Positions 60,720 to 64,000 of a stretch of DNA of 64,000 bases are shown piece by piece. Made by a program: the position numbers and the translations under genes. Every line of letters begins with the position of its first letter. The stretch's first letter is position 1. The notes below the pieces were generated by a model. That model was not told where the DNA came from and searched no databases. It worked only from the letters and a program-made list of their open reading frames with translations. This DNA is from Verrucomicrobiia bacterium (GTDB lineage Bacteria; Verrucomicrobiota; Verrucomicrobiia; Limisphaerales; UBA1319): NCBI GenBank assembly GCA_963664225.1, contig OY760937.1, positions 800,001 to 864,000 on the forward strand, written 5' to 3'.

Positions 60720-61613
60720 ATGAAATCCAATCGCAGGCAATTCCTGAAAGCCGCTGTCGCGGGACTTGGTGCTGTTCCATTCATCAACGGGACCAGTTTC
60801 GCCGCGGAACCACCATCAAATCCAAGCTTCGTTCTCAAAAAGCCGCAGATGCATTTGGGGATGGTGACCTATGAGATTGGAAAAGATTGGGATGTGCCCA
60901 CCATCATAAAGAATTGCACGGCGGCGAAGTTCGAGGGGGTGGAATTGCGAACAACTCATAAACACGGTGTGGAAGTGAGTTTGAGCAAGGAACAGCGGGC
61001 CGGGGTGCGCAAGCAGTTCGCCGATTCGGGGGTGGAATTGATGGGATTGGGCAGCGCGTTCGATTATCACACACCGGACCAGGCTCAGTTGCGCAAGGAT
61101 ATCGAAGCCACCAAGGCCTACATTTTGCTGGCCCACGACGTCGGCGCGCCCGGAGTCAAGGTGCGTCCCAATGCCTTTCCGAAAGAAGTTTCCAAGGAAA
61201 AAACCATCGAGCAGATTGGTCATTCCCTGCGCGAGCTGGGGGAATTCGGGGCGCAATATGGGATACAAATCCGCCTGGAAGTTCACGGATCAGAAACGAA
61301 TTATGTGCCCAACGCAAAGAAGATACTCGACGCAGCGGATCATAAGAACGTGGGCGCCTGCTGGAACTCCAATGACAGTGACCTGGCGGGCGAGGGATTC
61401 GATTTCAATTTCAACCTACTCAAAGACAGGATTTTCTCCGTCCACATGCGCGATTTGTACTTGGAGAATTACCCGTTTCGCAAATTGCTGACGCGACTCA
61501 ACGAGATCGGGTTCAAAGGATATTGCCTTGCGGAAATATCTTCGAGCGAAGATCCCGTACGCGTGATGAAATATTATCGCGCCCTGTGGCTGTCCTACCA
61601 GGGCGCGCTGTAA
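60720..61613 (+). CDS. Sugar phosphate isomerase/epimerase (TIM barrel), Tat signal
   Basis: NRRQFLK, GVELR, RLEVHG, VHMRD, LAE. Confidence 0.88.
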   Translation: MKSNRRQFLKAAVAGLGAVPFINGTSFAAEPPSNPSFVLKKPQMHLGMVTYEIGKDWDVPTIIKNCTAAKFEGVELRTTHKHGVEVSLSKEQRAGVRKQFADSGVELMGLGSAFDYHTPDQAQLRKDIEATKAYILLAHDVGAPGVKVRPNAFPKEVSKEKTIEQIGHSLRELGEFGAQYGIQIRLEVHGSETNYVPNAKKILDAADHKNVGACWNSNDSDLAGEGFDFNFNLLKDRIFSVHMRDLYLENYPFRKLLTRLNEIGFKGYCLAEISSSEDPVRVMKYYRALWLSYQGAL

Positions 61614-61640
61614 GCAATTTAGATCGAATCGAAACCGGTC

Positions 61641-64000
61641 TCAGCGTTCGCTGAATAGAATCCAGGCGGATCCCGGTCTGTCCTGGATGTTGACCAGAAC
61701 GCCATGGTCCATGAGTTCCCTGCCGGACAACTCGTCCGTGTGGTCTGAGTCCAGGTTGCGGACCTTGTAGGTCTTATTCGCGTCCAACCCGACGAGCTTG
61801 AACCGGGCGGATTCATAAACGCAATCCTGACGGCGATAGGCCTGGATGATTCCGCGGCCCAATTCCGGACGGCTGAATTGCCAGGCAATCCACGAATCGG
61901 TGGTGATGCTGTAGGGCGTCAGAGGATTGTAGTCGCCGTAAAACTCCGGCGAGGCCTCGCGCCACTGCGCAAACAAACGCCGGAGCAGGTTGTAATCGAG
62001 TGTTTTATCGCGCAAATCCCAGCAGCCAATGATGGCGGAACACATGCAACTGCGAATGGTGTAGGTGTCCAGGGCCCTGGTTCCCGTGCCAAAAAACGGG
62101 AGCCAAAAGGCGAATCCATAAGTGTGACCCTGCTGGCCGACAGGTTCGAAAATGTAGTCGCTTCGCAGTAATGGCACGGCGCGGCGCATGGTTTCCAGAT
62201 CGTTGCGGTGACCGCCCGAAGCGCAGGAATCGATCAGCAGGCCCGGATTGCGTCGTATTAATTCATCCCAGTAATTGAGATAGCCGGTGACATACTTGAT
62301 TTCCGTAATGCCCTGTCGATCTTCCGTGTCGGTATTTCGCCAGAAGGCGATGGGGCCGATGTTATAATCCTGGCGATAAAGATCGATGCCCTGGGATTTG
62401 ATGAGCGAGTCCATGTGATCCACGAGCCATGTGTAGGCTTTGGGATTGCCCAAATCGAGCAGATGGTCCTGTTCCTGGGGTTGGTTGGGGGAGGACTTTA
62501 ACAGCCACTCCGGGTGATTGGTGGAGATCCATGTGTTTGGCGCGACGCGTTCCGGCTCAAACCAGACGATGGTTTTGACCTGTTTTCCATGAGCATGGTC
62601 GCTGACGGCCCGCAAGCCGCGCGGAAACCGTTTGTCGTCCACTTCCCAAGTGCCGGTCTTTGGCCAACTCCCATCGCATTTGTACCAACCCGCATCCATC
62701 CACCAATAATCAGGCTTCAAGCCTTCTTCGATATAACGATCAATAAACAGTTTTTGACTGGCTTCGTCCGCCTGTGTCATTTCCGAATATTGATGCGAAC
62801 TGCAAGGGGAGAAAAATGCCGTCGGCAGATTACCGCCAGGGCGGGGGACGTTATGCGTAATCATCCAGCGTCGCCAGATGTTCTGGGCGCGAATCCAATC
62901 CCCGGTGTAAAACTGAACCACCATCAAGGGGGTGCGAACCGCCTCCTGTGGGTGCAGCTTGAAATGCGTCAGGTCCTGCCCCGCGCTGATGTTCAATCCC
63001 AGCGCCTGATCGCGGGCGAAATCCGCAGACCATTGACCCGGCCAGCCGACCGCCATGATGACGCCTCCCCGGCCCGTGTTCAGGTTGAAATAAGGAAACG
63101 TGGTGCTGCAAGGCCTGCCGTCGGTTGACCCAAGGTGGAGATTTGAGGAAGGTTTAAGGACCGTTTCCAGAGGCTCAAGATCGCTGGCTGTAACCAACGT
63201 GCCCCTGAAATGATGGAGCAGGTATTCCCCGGAGCGGCTTCGTTGGTATTGAATATCCAAGGGGCGAAGATTTTCGATGATGGGGGTATCGGTTGAGCCG
63301 CTATTCGTCAAATGCAGAGTCCATTCCACGGTCGGAAAATTCAGATATTCCACACCGACGCACCGAATGATCAACCCGGTGGCAGAATCGGAATAGGAAA
63401 CGGTGTGCTCCGTGCGGGCATTATCCAAGGACCTGGAAGCTCTCGTGATCTGCCATTTAGCGATAAAGTCCGTCGAGGGTTTGCCGTCATATTTAAAGGA
63501 AAACGGCGGGGCATCGGAAAATCCCTGCTCCGTCTCATCTGCAAAGGGTAAATCGCCGAGCCAGACTTCACTGCCATCCGCCAGGGTCACGCGCGCGTCA
63601 GCCCAGTCTGATTGATCGCAGGAAATGCCGTCGCCTCCATCGCCGATCTCAAGGACAAATTCGGAAGCGTCTGCCAGCGGGATTTCAACGGCTTGCGCAG
63701 GCATCCCCTCGCGAAGCACCTCGGATTTATAAACGGATTTTCCGCCAACGCTCACTGAAAAATTCACGCTTCCCCTGGCGCCAGAGGTGTTTGAATTGGA
63801 GTCCACGCCAACCAGGGCTTGAAACTTTTTAGCCGGGCCGGCGAGTCGAACGACGATTTTACTGACTGCGTGGCAGTAAAGACCACGGTTGAAGGACTGT
63901 CCCGCAATGACCATGGGCTTTCCATTGCGCGCATTGCGTTGCACTGGATCGTTGTTCTCCACAACCAAAAGCTCGGCGCGTCGATTTTCCTTTGCGACCG
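61641..64000 (-). CDS. Alpha-galactosidase (GH36) with NPCBM domain; 5' end outside the window
   Basis: RGLYCHA..DWAD (NPCBM); WMDAGWY, RFPRGL, WFEPE, RQDYN, CASGG. Confidence 0.9.
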   Translation of the reverse strand, partial: VAKENRRAELLVVENNDPVQRNARNGKPMVIAGQSFNRGLYCHAVSKIVVRLAGPAKKFQALVGVDSNSNTSGARGSVNFSVSVGGKSVYKSEVLREGMPAQAVEIPLADASEFVLEIGDGGDGISCDQSDWADARVTLADGSEVWLGDLPFADETEQGFSDAPPFSFKYDGKPSTDFIAKWQITRASRSLDNARTEHTVSYSDSATGLIIRCVGVEYLNFPTVEWTLHLTNSGSTDTPIIENLRPLDIQYQRSRSGEYLLHHFRGTLVTASDLEPLETVLKPSSNLHLGSTDGRPCSTTFPYFNLNTGRGGVIMAVGWPGQWSADFARDQALGLNISAGQDLTHFKLHPQEAVRTPLMVVQFYTGDWIRAQNIWRRWMITHNVPRPGGNLPTAFFSPCSSHQYSEMTQADEASQKLFIDRYIEEGLKPDYWWMDAGWYKCDGSWPKTGTWEVDDKRFPRGLRAVSDHAHGKQVKTIVWFEPERVAPNTWISTNHPEWLLKSSPNQPQEQDHLLDLGNPKAYTWLVDHMDSLIKSQGIDLYRQDYNIGPIAFWRNTDTEDRQGITEIKYVTGYLNYWDELIRRNPGLLIDSCASGGHRNDLETMRRAVPLLRSDYIFEPVGQQGHTYGFAFWLPFFGTGTRALDTYTIRSCMCSAIIGCWDLRDKTLDYNLLRRLFAQWREASPEFYGDYNPLTPYSITTDSWIAWQFSRPELGRGIIQAYRRQDCVYESARFKLVGLDANKTYKVRNLDSDHTDELSGRELMDHGVLVNIQDRPGSAWILFSER

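Overview
64 kb of bacterial chromosome, probably Verrucomicrobiota (inferred from the alpha2-type GlyRS, prepilin-type/H-X9-DG protein, DUF1080, Tat-exported TIM-barrel proteins and repeat style). The backbone holds CAZymes, a four-gene phosphorelay, fmt, adk, hscB/iscA-like genes, two tRNAs, glyQS, lptD and a sugar-nucleotide cluster. The main observation is two apparently identical group II introns (3875-5849 and 29620-31594). Each sits exactly 1 nt outside the terminal inverted repeat of an IS1380-type element and splits that element's 5-bp target-site duplication; one host is a 162-bp MITE and the other an autonomous IS1380. An intron loop (ACCCGAA) is complementary to the shared TTCGGGT junction, which suggests retrohoming to transposon ends. 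The second intron lies in a five-element nest (IS3 > MITE > IS1380 + intron, plus IS256). The window also has an integrase-less attC cassette cluster (about 45.1-47.8 kb) with duplicated REP/promoter modules, next to a terminase remnant and a TA pair, and a 2.3-kb REP-like palindrome array. All calls come from reading motifs by eye; no database searches were run.
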